Shown here: positions 1 to 8,390 of the stretch, piece after piece
Layout of the letters: the number at the start of each line of letters is the position of its first letter
How positions within the stretch are numbered: position 1 is the stretch's first letter
NCBI GenBank assembly: GCA_029974275.1
Contig: JARKSN010000017.1
Span: 1-18,628 of the forward strand
DNA length: 18,628 nucleotides
Reading direction: 5' to 3'
Source of the DNA: Candidatus Hydrogenedentota bacterium
GTDB taxonomy: Bacteria > Hydrogenedentota > Hydrogenedentia > Hydrogenedentales > SLHB01
Program-made: the position numbers and the translations under genes
The notes under the pieces: generated by a model
What the model saw: only the letters and a program-made list of their open reading frames with translations
Database searches by the model: none
Told to the model about the DNA's origin: nothing

Positions 1-1
1 G

Positions 2-649
2 GCGGCGCTCGATGGCGCGATCATCGTGACGACGCCGCAGGCGCTCGCGCTCGCGGATGTTGCGCGCGGCATTTTGATGTTCGAGAAAGTCGATGTGCCC
101 GTGTTGGGGATCGTCGAGAACATGAGTTGTTTTGTGTGCGACGGGTGTCATAAGCGGCACTATCCCTTTGGTCGCGGTTCGCAGAGCCTGAAGGATCGGT
201 TTGGGTTGCAAACGTTGGCGGAGCTTCCCATCGTGCCGGGATTTTCGGACCTCGATAAAGCCGGTTCAGGCGGCGAAATGGAGGCGATGCGTCAACTGGC
301 CGAGAACGTGCATCGGCACGTGGGCATGCGTCGCGTCGCGGCGGATAACCGCCCTCAGATCACGGCTAGGCCTGGCGCCGTCGACGTGACGTGGCCGGAT
401 GGGTCTACAACGTCGTTGGCGAATCGGGTTGTGCGCGCGTCGTGCCGGTGTGCGCAGTGCGTTGACGAGTACACCGGCGCCAAATTGCTTGACGATGCGT
501 CGATTCCTCCGAATCTGGAGGTCGAGTCCTTGCAGCCGTTGGGCAATTACGCGGTGTCCATCGTTTGGAGCGACGGACACGGCTCTGGCATTTATTCGTG
601 GGACGGGTTGCGCGCGCTTTCGCATGCGGATGGTCTGCCGCGAGAATAG
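2..649 (+). CDS. mrp: Mrp/NBP35 (ApbC) family Fe-S cluster carrier ATPase with C-terminal DUF971 (GBBH-like N-terminal) domain; 5'-truncated by the window edge
   Basis: The frame is open from base 2 (AALDGAIIVTTPQ). Mrp motifs VTTPQ..A..D and LGIVENMS-x-F-x-CxxC..FG are present. The C-terminal domain has CRCAQC, GNYAVSIVWSDGH and GIYSW, typical of DUF971. Confidence 0.9.
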   Translation, partial: AALDGAIIVTTPQALALADVARGILMFEKVDVPVLGIVENMSCFVCDGCHKRHYPFGRGSQSLKDRFGLQTLAELPIVPGFSDLDKAGSGGEMEAMRQLAENVHRHVGMRRVAADNRPQITARPGAVDVTWPDGSTTSLANRVVRASCRCAQCVDEYTGAKLLDDASIPPNLEVESLQPLGNYAVSIVWSDGHGSGIYSWDGLRALSHADGLPRE

Positions 650-652
650 GGA

Positions 653-674
653 GACCGCGCTGCGCTGCGCGGTC
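653..674. terminator. GC hairpin between convergent genes (possible bidirectional terminator or pause site)
   Basis: GACCGCGC (653-660) pairs perfectly with GCGCGGTC (667-674) around a 6-nt loop, between the two stop codons. There is no U-tract. Confidence 0.35.
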
Positions 675-2058
675 ATGTCGTTCGGAAAACGTCCGCGTCC
701 GCGTCCAGGGCGCGCGCGCCGTTTGTTGCGATGACGTCTTGGTACCAGCGGGCTGAGTCCTTCCAGATGCGCTGTTGCGTGTCGAAATCCACGTACACCA
801 GGCCCAAACGCTCTTTGTAGCCCTCGCTCCACTCGAAGTTGTCGAGAAGCGACCAGTGGAAATAGCCCATCAGGGGCGTGCCTTCCTGTCCGGCGCGCCA
901 CAAATGGCGCAGGCAGCGGGCGTTGTAGTCGATGCGTTCGGGGTCGCGCACGTTGCCGTCGAGGCAGACGCTGTCCACGTTCGACATGCCGCTTTCGGTG
1001 ATGCAGATGGGCTTGCCGTAGCGTTCGTAGTAGAACCGGGGGCTCCAATACAGGGTTTCCGGCGTCATCACGAATTTGAATGCGGAGAGGCTCAGGTTGG
1101 TGCGCCACGGCATTTCGATCGGTTTGCCGTCGGGGCCGGCTTTCACGTAGGAGCCGGCGTAGATGTTGGCGCCGAAAAAATCGACCGGTTGCGAGATGAT
1201 TTCCATGTCGTTCGCGCCGATGCGCGGCATTTCCTCCGCACACGACGCGAGCATATCGTCTGGATAGCGGCCCAGAAAGATGGGATCCAGCCACCAGCAG
1301 TTGCTCCAACACGTCTTGTCCTTGAACGCGAACATGGCATCGCGCGCGGCGGCGATGTCTTGCGGGCTTTCCGTGGCGGGTATTTTGTTGATGGCGTGCG
1401 GGGCGAGTCCGATCTGGGCGGGTTGTGGGGCGTTTGCGCGGATCGTCTGGACCGCTCGGCCATGGGACAGCAATACGTGGTGGCCGATGCGCAGCAGTTC
1501 GCGGAACGGCAGTTTGTATCCCGGGGCGTGCTCGCCGCGCTCGTAGCCGAGACCCACGAAACACTGCGGCTCGTTGATGGTCATCCAGTGATGGATGCGA
1601 TCGGACAGGCGTTTGGTGATGACGTCCGTATAGGCGGCGAACCAGTGCGGCATGTCGGGGTTGAGCCATCCCCCGCGGCAGTGCAGTTCGTACGGCAAGT
1701 CCCAATGGTATAGCGTCAGCCACGGCGTGATTCCATTCGCCAGAAGTTCGTCGGTCAAGCGGTCGTAGAAATCGAGGCCTGGCGCGTTGATCTTTCCGGC
1801 GCCTTCGGGCAAGACGCGCGACCATGAGGTGGAGAATCGGTAGGCTTGGACGCCCATGGCTTTCATGATGGCGACGTCGTCTTTGTAGCGGCGGTAGTGG
1901 TCGCAGGCGATGTCGGTGGTCTGGTTGAGCCATACCTTGCCCGGCGTGTGGCTGAAAACGTCCCAAATGGACAAGCCGCGCCCGTCTAGATTTGTCGCGC
2001 CCTCGATCTGGGCCGAAGCGGTCGCCACGCCCCATGCAAAGGTATCTGGAAAGGTCAT
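673..2058 (-). CDS. Glycoside hydrolase family 1 beta-glucosidase (cytoplasmic)
   Basis: FAWGVATASAQIEG, ACDHYRRYKDD, YRFSTSWSR, TLYHWDLP, acid/base motif TINEP, nucleophile motif ITESG, WSLLDNFEW..GY..R.GLVYVDF. GGAG Shine-Dalgarno upstream; no signal peptide. Confidence 0.96.
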   Translation of the reverse strand: MTFPDTFAWGVATASAQIEGATNLDGRGLSIWDVFSHTPGKVWLNQTTDIACDHYRRYKDDVAIMKAMGVQAYRFSTSWSRVLPEGAGKINAPGLDFYDRLTDELLANGITPWLTLYHWDLPYELHCRGGWLNPDMPHWFAAYTDVITKRLSDRIHHWMTINEPQCFVGLGYERGEHAPGYKLPFRELLRIGHHVLLSHGRAVQTIRANAPQPAQIGLAPHAINKIPATESPQDIAAARDAMFAFKDKTCWSNCWWLDPIFLGRYPDDMLASCAEEMPRIGANDMEIISQPVDFFGANIYAGSYVKAGPDGKPIEMPWRTNLSLSAFKFVMTPETLYWSPRFYYERYGKPICITESGMSNVDSVCLDGNVRDPERIDYNARCLRHLWRAGQEGTPLMGYFHWSLLDNFEWSEGYKERLGLVYVDFDTQQRIWKDSARWYQDVIATNGARALDADADVFRTT

Positions 2059-2108
2059 GCTTGGTCTCCCTGTTTCGGTTGCGGCGTGGTTGCGGCGGGA
2101 ATTGCGGT

Positions 2109-2636
2109 TCAGTCGTGTTGCGTCTCTTTTGCGCGCAGTTGGTCTTCGAGGATTTCGACGACCTTGCGGAATTTGTCTTGGTTCGTTTCGGCTATTTCCA
2201 TCAACGTTTTGTGGGCGTCGAGGATGAGACGGGCGAGTTCTTTGGCGCGGTCCGCTCGATCCGGGACGGTTTCGAAAGCGGATTTTGGGTCGTGCGGGTC
2301 GCGCAGGATCAGGAAAACGCGATCGAAGGCCACGCTCTCGAGGACTGCGTTGATGTCGTCGTTTGTCGAGATGATGGTGGCCTGGCGGCCTAGGTTTTCC
2401 TGCGAGAATTTCGCGACGCGGGCGAGCAGGCCGAGGTTGGTGCTGTCGATGCTTTCGGTTTGGGTGAGATCGATCAGTATGTTGTCGAAATTTTTCTTTG
2501 CGAAAAGCTCGTCGAGGAACGCGTCCAACGAAGCGCTGACGCGGTAGGACGAACCCATCGTGTACCGGATTTGGCCCACGAATTTCAGCACGACAAGTCT
2601 CTCGTGCTGGGTGTAATACACTTCCCCATTATCCAT
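2109..2636 (-). CDS. STAS-domain anti-sigma-factor antagonist, RssC (PA2797)-like
   Basis: VLKFVG..R, IDLTQTESIDSTNLGLLA (phosphoacceptor Ser in IDST), FDRVF, and a C-terminal ILDAHKTLM..N..F extension characteristic of the RssC-type family. Its start overlaps the upstream stop by 8 nt. Confidence 0.88.
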   Translation of the reverse strand: MDNGEVYYTQHERLVVLKFVGQIRYTMGSSYRVSASLDAFLDELFAKKNFDNILIDLTQTESIDSTNLGLLARVAKFSQENLGRQATIISTNDDINAVLESVAFDRVFLILRDPHDPKSAFETVPDRADRAKELARLILDAHKTLMEIAETNQDKFRKVVEILEDQLRAKETQHD

Positions 2637-3822
2637 TTTCAGGCGCCTTTCTAACCAGCATCAGGGTTACGTCGTCCCCGGGCGATTCCAGCGTGTCCAG
2701 TCCCATGGCGTCCACGATGGAGCGCAAGGTCGTTTCGGGTCCGCCCGCCAGCGAAAGCAAAAAATCTTTTTTCTCTTGTAGACGCTCGTGGGGCAGTATT
2801 TCAAGCACTCCGTCCGAGCACAAGAGCATGAAAAATGCGTCGGGCACATCGAAGGTCTTGGTGTTGTACGATGCGTTCGCGAACAGACCCACCGGCAGGT
2901 TTTTGTCTTCCAGGAACTGCGGGCGCGTTCCGTCAAACGCCACGGGCGGGGGAAACTGGCCTCCGTTGCTGAAGGTCATGGTGTGGCGATCGAGATCGAA
3001 AACGGCATACAGCATCGTTAAATACTTGCCGAAATCCCGCTGGATGATGTCGTCGTTGATGGTTTTCAGCACAAGGTTGGGATGCAAGACCGTGTCGTTT
3101 TCCGCGCGGCGGTATTGGTCGATCAGGTGGTTCATCGTGCTTTTGAGCAGCACCGTCACGAAGGCCGAGGAAGCGCCGTGACCGGAGACGTCGGCGATGT
3201 AGAAGCCGATGTTGTGCGCATCGATGGGGAAATAGTCCACAAAATCGCCGCTGAGATACGCCGACGTTTTCAGGTAGTGAGCGAACTGGAATCCGCCCAG
3301 AACGGCGTCCTGGGGGGGCAGCAATTGAAATTGAATGCGGCGCGCGGCGTTTTCGTCTTCCTGGAGTTGCCGCAGGCTTTCCGCGAGGCGTTTGTTGGTG
3401 GCTTCGAGGTGCTCGCGGTACTTGCGGTTTTCGCGCACCAGGCGCGCGCGTTCGAGCGCTTTCCGGATGGAGTGTTCGAGCACCGCCATGTCTTGGATTG
3501 GCTTCATGACATAGTCCCATGCGCCGAGTTGGAGCGACGCCACGGCGTCGTTCATGTCGCCCGTGCCCGAGACGATGATCACCGGCGTCTCGGGGGCTTC
3601 GCGCGCGATGGTTTCGAGCACGCGCAGTCCGTCCACGCCCGGCATGCGCAGGTCTGAGAGCACGAGGTCGGGGCGTTTTTCGCGGAAGGCGTCCAAGCCT
3701 GCTTGGCCATTGCTTGCTTCGAGCACGGCAAACCCGCTGTCTTCCAGGTAGCCGACGATGCTGCGCCGCACGGTGGCTTCGTCCTCGATGCTGAGTATCA
3801 GGGGGGTGTTGTCCAAACTCAT
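2629..3822 (-). CDS. Response regulator with REC, coiled-coil and SpoIIE/PP2C phosphatase domains, Pseudomonas RssB (PA2798)-like
   Basis: REC motifs IEDE, DLVLSDLRMP, IIVSG, DYVMKP. Linker ENRKYREHLEATN..LQED..A.R.Q..LLP. PP2C motifs SGDF, ADVSGHG, SDG and DD are all intact. Confidence 0.93.
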   Translation of the reverse strand: MSLDNTPLILSIEDEATVRRSIVGYLEDSGFAVLEASNGQAGLDAFREKRPDLVLSDLRMPGVDGLRVLETIAREAPETPVIIVSGTGDMNDAVASLQLGAWDYVMKPIQDMAVLEHSIRKALERARLVRENRKYREHLEATNKRLAESLRQLQEDENAARRIQFQLLPPQDAVLGGFQFAHYLKTSAYLSGDFVDYFPIDAHNIGFYIADVSGHGASSAFVTVLLKSTMNHLIDQYRRAENDTVLHPNLVLKTINDDIIQRDFGKYLTMLYAVFDLDRHTMTFSNGGQFPPPVAFDGTRPQFLEDKNLPVGLFANASYNTKTFDVPDAFFMLLCSDGVLEILPHERLQEKKDFLLSLAGGPETTLRSIVDAMGLDTLESPGDDVTLMLVRKAPENG

Positions 3823-3829
3823 CCTGGCG

Positions 3830-4210
3830 TCACCCGTGTTCTTTCATCAGTTCGCGGACTGCGGCCGCCAAGGGCTCCATGTCCGCCAGCGGTTTTCGGA
3901 AGACTCGGGCCGGCGTGACGCCGAGTGCGGCGAATTCATCGGGCGGCCGGTATCCTGCGGTGCCGGTATGCACGACGAAGCGCAGGCCGGAGCAGGCCGC
4001 ATGCAGGGCGCGGATTGCCTCGTTGCCGTTCATGCCGGGCAGGCGCATGTCCATCACGCAGACGTCGAATTTCAATCCGCTGCGGACCAACTCCAGCGCG
4101 TGTTCCGCGGAGGAAAGGGCGTGCACGCACATGTCCTCGTCTTCGAGATAGGCGGCAAGGTTCGTGCGAACCGATGGTTCGTCGTCCACTATCAACACGT
4201 GAACGGCCAC
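3830..4210 (-). CDS. Single-domain response regulator (REC only)
   Basis: VLIVDDE, DVCVMDMRLPGMNG (phospho-Asp), HTG, KP. The GTG start immediately follows the kinase TGA. Confidence 0.9.
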   Translation of the reverse strand: MAVHVLIVDDEPSVRTNLAAYLEDEDMCVHALSSAEHALELVRSGLKFDVCVMDMRLPGMNGNEAIRALHAACSGLRFVVHTGTAGYRPPDEFAALGVTPARVFRKPLADMEPLAAAVRELMKEHG

Positions 4211-7200
4211 TCAGGGGGTCTCCATGTCCCACGGAATGCGGAGGATGAACCGGGCTCCGGCGCCCGGCGAGGATTCGGCCGTCATGGTTCCGCGGTGCTG
4301 TTTGGTGATGATGAAGTACGACACGGACAGGCCCAGTCCCGTGCCGACGCCCACTTCTTTGGTCGTGAAAAAGGGTTCGAAAATGCGGCGGCGGATGGCG
4401 TCGTCCATGCCGGGGCCGTTGTCGATGATTTCGATCCGTGCGTGGTGCGGCTCGCGTTCGAGGCGGATGGTCAGCACCGGCTCTTTTCCGCTGGCGTTTT
4501 GAGCCATGGAATGGGCGGCGTTTTTGATGAGATTCAGCAGAACTTGCTCGATTTTGGTTTTTTCGCAGCGCACCGGCGGCAGGTTTTCTTCGAATTCTCG
4601 CACGATGATCGTTTGCCGGAAATCGTAATGTTTTTTCAGATCATAGTCGTTCGCAGCCAGGCGCAAGGCCGTATCCACCATGTCCGGAAGCTTCACCGGC
4701 GCAAAGTGCGACTCGCTTCGGCGGCTGAAGGCCAACATGTCCGCGACGATCTTGGCAGCGCGGGCGCCGTCGGCGCGAATGCCTTCGATGAATTCGAAGA
4801 CGCCCCGTTCGGTCATGTATTGATGCAGCGTTTCGAGGCGGACCCCCAATTGCTCGGCGGTCTGTTGGTTCTTGGGCAGATCGGGCGAGAGACGGCGCAC
4901 GATGTTTTGGCATGCCTGAAGGATGCCGCCCAGTGGGTTGTTGATCTCGTGGGCCATGCCCGCGGCCAGACCGCCCACGGACATCATTTTCTCGGTTTGC
5001 ACCATGGTTTCTTCGATTTTCACGCGCGCGGTGATGTCGTCCAGGCGGATGACCGCTCCTTGCTCGCCTGTCGCGTCGAGGGGGTAGACGATAAGGTCGT
5101 AGTACAGCGTGTCTCCGTCGGCTCCTCGCCAGGCAATGCGTTCCGAGATGATGGGCGCGGCGTTGGCCAACGCCTGCCACACGCGCCCGGCGTCCTCGCC
5201 CAAATAGGGGAAGGCCACGTCAAAGGGCAGGCCTGTCGCCTCCTCCGAAGTCAGACAGCCGACTTGCGCCGCTTTTTGGTTCCAGTGGGTCACCCGCCCC
5301 TGCTTGTCGACGCCGATCAGAACCGACGGCATCGAATCGATGATGTTTTGCAGGCGGATTTGCATGCGGCGGGTTTGTTCTTCGGCGCGCATGCGGTCGC
5401 GCGCTTCGATGGCGAGGGCGACGTTCGAGGCAATGGCGCGCGCGAAATGTTGTTCGTCGCGTTCCCATGGCCGCGTCATGCCCACGCGCTCGTGAAACAC
5501 CACGCCGGCGATATCGCCGCCCGTGCGGACCGAGGCGTGCAGCAACGATGCGACGCCGCCCGGTTGCAGGTATTCGTCCGTGAGTTCCCAGGTGCGGCTG
5601 TCGGACATCGCGTTTTCCACCGCCATGACCGGTTCCGCTTCAATCGCCCGGAAGTAGTTCGGCCAGTCTGTGACGGGAAACTCTTGTCCTGCGGCATGCA
5701 ACCCTGTTGCGGCGTCGTAGCAGTCGGCGCAGCGCAACGTGTCGCGCGTTTCGTTGAACAGCCAGATGCTGGCGCGATCGACCCCCAAGGTTTCGGCGGC
5801 GGCCTTGGCGATTTCGCGTAGCGCCGCGTCGATGTCGCCGTGTTCCATCGTCTTGCTTTTGGCGAGTTTGATGAGCGCTTCGTTTTGTCGGCTGGCGCGT
5901 TCGTGGAGTTCGAGTTGTTCCTCCATCTCGCCGATGCGCGCTTCGTATTGGGCCTGAATCTGCTCCCACGAGTCCGCCACGATGTCGATGACGAGGGTCG
6001 CGGGTTTTTCGGAGAGGATGAGGTCTCGGTTGATGGCGTATACTTCGAATACGTACTTGCCGGGGGTCAGGTCCACGTAGCGCACCTGATCGTCCCAGGT
6101 GTCGTACCACACATCGTCGAATCCCGCCAACCGGTACGAGTAGCGCATGCGCTCGGTGCCCATGCTGAGGCCGCGGTATGAAATCGTGAGGAATTGCGCT
6201 TTCAGCGTCGACAGCGTGACGGCCGACGGCTCGGGGTAGACGGCGTCCGCCGTCATTTCGCGAATGGCGATGCGCGGCGGCAGGGTCGCCGTGGGGCGGT
6301 ATCGCACCACGCCCCGGTAGGTGCCGATCAGCATGCCGCCGTCCGGCTGCGGCACCAGCGCCGTGATGCTATTCGACGGAAGTCCGTCGCGCGCCGTTAG
6401 AAATTGGAAGTGCTTGCCGTCGGTCCGGCAAATGCCGCCGTTGACTGTGCCGAACCACAGTTTTCCCGAGGCGTCCATCGCGGATTGTTGGTGATGGAAG
6501 TGGCGAAATCCTTCTTCCGTGCTGAAGGTTTCGAAGCGTTCTCCGTCGAACTTGGCGAGTCCGTATTGCGTGCCGATCCAGAGGTTCTGGCGTTCGTCTT
6601 CGATGATGGATTGAACATTGGGGTTGGGCAGCCCATGGGTTTCCGTGTAGGTGATCATTTGCTTGCCGTCATAGCAGGACAATCCCGGGCCTTCGTAGCC
6701 GCCCAGCCAGATGCGCCCGCGGCTGTCTTCGTACAGGCGGAAGACCACGGCGTGCAGGGTTGGAATGGGCTCGAAGGTTTCGCCGTTGAAACGGCACAGG
6801 CAACCCGGCCTTGCCGTGCCTGCCCAGATGGTTCCGTCGCGGGTTTTCAGCAGGCTCATGATGTGCATGCTGCCCAGGCCTTGGCGCGGCGTGAACTGCG
6901 TTCCTTGGCCGTTCCAGAGGTCGTCCGCCGAGTCGAAACGATACAAGCCATCGCCAAACGTGGCGAGCCAAATTCGTCCTTCGTTGTCTTCGGTGAGCGC
7001 GAACACTTGAGCCGGAAACGCGCGCGATCGCCACACGACGGCGTCCAGGCAATACAGGTCGTATTCGTCGCCGAACCAAATGCGGCTTGCTGTATCCTGA
7101 ACCATCACTTCCGATACGGGTTTTTCCGAGACCTCTTCCAAGGTCCAGGGATCGAAGCATGACAGGCCTGCCAGGCTGTGCGACGCCCAGACGTGGCCTT

Positions 7201-8080
7201 CCCGGTCCTCGATGACGCCGCTGACGTGGCTTGCCAACAGGCCGTCCTGGGCTCCGTATGTCGTGAAAACTTTGCCGTCGAAACAGGTGATGCCGCCGCC
7301 GACCGTGGCGAACCACATGTGGCCGTCATGGTCTTGGCAGATGCCGCGCACCGAGTCCTGGGGAAGTCCGTCCCGTCGCGTGTAGGTGACGAACGAGGAT
7401 CCGTCGAAGCAGGCGACGCCGTTTCCGCGCGTGCCGATCCAAAGGTTTCCAGAACGGTCCATGTGCAGAAAGAAGATATCGGTTCCCGGCAGCCCTTGTT
7501 CGGGGCCGTACCGCGTGAATTCGCGTCCATCGAAACGGCACAGGCCTTTGCCGAACGTGCCGATCCAGATGGCGCCGTCTTGGTCGCACACGATGGATCG
7601 CGTCATGTTCGATGCGAGTCCCTGCTCGATAGTGTGCCTTGTGACGGCGCCGTTGTCGATGCAGCCGATGCCGCCGCCCAGCGCCGCGAACCATATCCGG
7701 CCTTTCGCGTCCTCGCACAGCGACCAGATGTCGTACCGGGGCAAGCCTTCATCGGGGCCGAGGGCGTGGAATTGGCCGTTTTCGAGGTAGGAGATGCCAC
7801 CCGTGCCGGCGCCCGCCCACAGGCGCCCGTGGCGGTCTTCGCACAGGCAATGAATGGTGTCGTTGGCAAGGCCATGGCGGACGGTGAAGGTCGTGAACGA
7901 TTCCCCATCGAAACGGCACAGGCCCACCCCCGTGCCCAGCCAGAGGTAGCCTTCCCGGTCTTGGAGCAGGCAACTGCATCCTGCGGCCAGACCGTCCGTG
8001 ACATCGTACGTGCGCCACGTTCCCACGCGACGTCTGGAAGCCCCCCCTGTTTCGCGGAGGCCTCGATCGTGTTCTTGCAT
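4211..8080 (-). CDS. Sensor histidine kinase: 14 Reg_prop beta-propeller blades, Y_Y_Y, GAF, PAS, HisKA and HATPase_c; no TM helix
   Basis: Repeated D.xG.lWigT..G..fDG..f..y...dGL blades (14 counted by eye). Y_Y_Y segment YSYRLAGFD..W..VRYVDLTPGKYVFEV. GAF segment LGVDRASIWLF..W..DE..FA. PAS segment IIDSMPSVLIGVD..WN. H-box AHEINNPL, N-box QVLLNLIKNA, G1 DNGPG, F-box FEPFFTTK, G2 GTGLGL. Start placed at ATG 8080 (GGAG SD upstream) rather than the ORF-track start at 8182. Confidence 0.93.
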   Translation of the reverse strand: MQEHDRGLRETGGASRRRVGTWRTYDVTDGLAAGCSCLLQDREGYLWLGTGVGLCRFDGESFTTFTVRHGLANDTIHCLCEDRHGRLWAGAGTGGISYLENGQFHALGPDEGLPRYDIWSLCEDAKGRIWFAALGGGIGCIDNGAVTRHTIEQGLASNMTRSIVCDQDGAIWIGTFGKGLCRFDGREFTRYGPEQGLPGTDIFFLHMDRSGNLWIGTRGNGVACFDGSSFVTYTRRDGLPQDSVRGICQDHDGHMWFATVGGGITCFDGKVFTTYGAQDGLLASHVSGVIEDREGHVWASHSLAGLSCFDPWTLEEVSEKPVSEVMVQDTASRIWFGDEYDLYCLDAVVWRSRAFPAQVFALTEDNEGRIWLATFGDGLYRFDSADDLWNGQGTQFTPRQGLGSMHIMSLLKTRDGTIWAGTARPGCLCRFNGETFEPIPTLHAVVFRLYEDSRGRIWLGGYEGPGLSCYDGKQMITYTETHGLPNPNVQSIIEDERQNLWIGTQYGLAKFDGERFETFSTEEGFRHFHHQQSAMDASGKLWFGTVNGGICRTDGKHFQFLTARDGLPSNSITALVPQPDGGMLIGTYRGVVRYRPTATLPPRIAIREMTADAVYPEPSAVTLSTLKAQFLTISYRGLSMGTERMRYSYRLAGFDDVWYDTWDDQVRYVDLTPGKYVFEVYAINRDLILSEKPATLVIDIVADSWEQIQAQYEARIGEMEEQLELHERASRQNEALIKLAKSKTMEHGDIDAALREIAKAAAETLGVDRASIWLFNETRDTLRCADCYDAATGLHAAGQEFPVTDWPNYFRAIEAEPVMAVENAMSDSRTWELTDEYLQPGGVASLLHASVRTGGDIAGVVFHERVGMTRPWERDEQHFARAIASNVALAIEARDRMRAEEQTRRMQIRLQNIIDSMPSVLIGVDKQGRVTHWNQKAAQVGCLTSEEATGLPFDVAFPYLGEDAGRVWQALANAAPIISERIAWRGADGDTLYYDLIVYPLDATGEQGAVIRLDDITARVKIEETMVQTEKMMSVGGLAAGMAHEINNPLGGILQACQNIVRRLSPDLPKNQQTAEQLGVRLETLHQYMTERGVFEFIEGIRADGARAAKIVADMLAFSRRSESHFAPVKLPDMVDTALRLAANDYDLKKHYDFRQTIIVREFEENLPPVRCEKTKIEQVLLNLIKNAAHSMAQNASGKEPVLTIRLEREPHHARIEIIDNGPGMDDAIRRRIFEPFFTTKEVGVGTGLGLSVSYFIITKQHRGTMTAESSPGAGARFILRIPWDMETP

Positions 8081-8296
8081 CGTCACTCCCGTTTCACGAT
8101 CCCAACGCCCTTGTCGAACCCGCACCGTCGCGAGGACCATTGCCGCGTTTTTCGGGTTGCATGAACACAGGCGCGCCCCCACGATATCTAGGACAGAGCC
8201 GGGTAATCAAGTTCCAGGCGGGGCATGGCGCCCGAGGATGCGGGGAGCGGGAGGCGTCGAGCGATATTTCGAGGAAGAACGCTTCGTCGCGGGCCG

Positions 8297-8308
8297 TCAG
8301 GGAGTTTG
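8297..8308 (+). repeat. 12-bp direct repeat TCAGGGAGTTTG, copy 1
   Basis: Identical to 9829-9840; the two copies bracket the plus-strand two-gene cassette. Confidence 0.6.
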
Positions 8309-8333
8309 CTGGAATGCTGCGCTTCGGTATACT
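8305..8333 (+). promoter_or_regulatory. Candidate sigma70 promoter for the 8391/8594 cassette
   Basis: TTTGCT (8305-8310), a 17-nt spacer and TATACT (8328-8333), about 57 nt upstream of ATG 8391. Confidence 0.4.
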
Positions 8334-8390
8334 TACAGACGTTGCGTGCCCGAAAAACGAGAAGCATTTGCCGCTACCATAAGGGGTCCC

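Noticed and set aside
985..1005. GH1 nucleophile motif ITESG instead of the usual ITENG
   Set aside because: The catalytic Glu is retained and a single substitution is too little to claim altered function.
266..2035. 589-aa minus-strand ORF overlapping GH1, and similarly 11566-12966 over the flavoprotein
   Set aside because: Alternative-frame, Arg/Pro-rich sequence with no domain signal, overlapping a confident gene on the same strand.
3758..5821. 687-aa plus-strand ORF, and other long antisense ORFs such as 775-1713, 6404-7162 and 7178-8164
   Set aside because: They lie antisense to well-supported genes and have no recognisable motifs; they are shadow ORFs expected from high-GC codon bias.
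6300..8020. Recurrent DNA words such as TCGAAACGGCACAGGC as a possible CRISPR or repeat array
   Set aside because: They are codons of repeated propeller blades (LCRFDG) within one ORF, with degenerate copies and no repeat-spacer structure.
8020..8080. SRRR near the kinase N terminus as a possible Tat signal
   Set aside because: No following hydrophobic h-region or cleavage site; the first propeller strand starts immediately.
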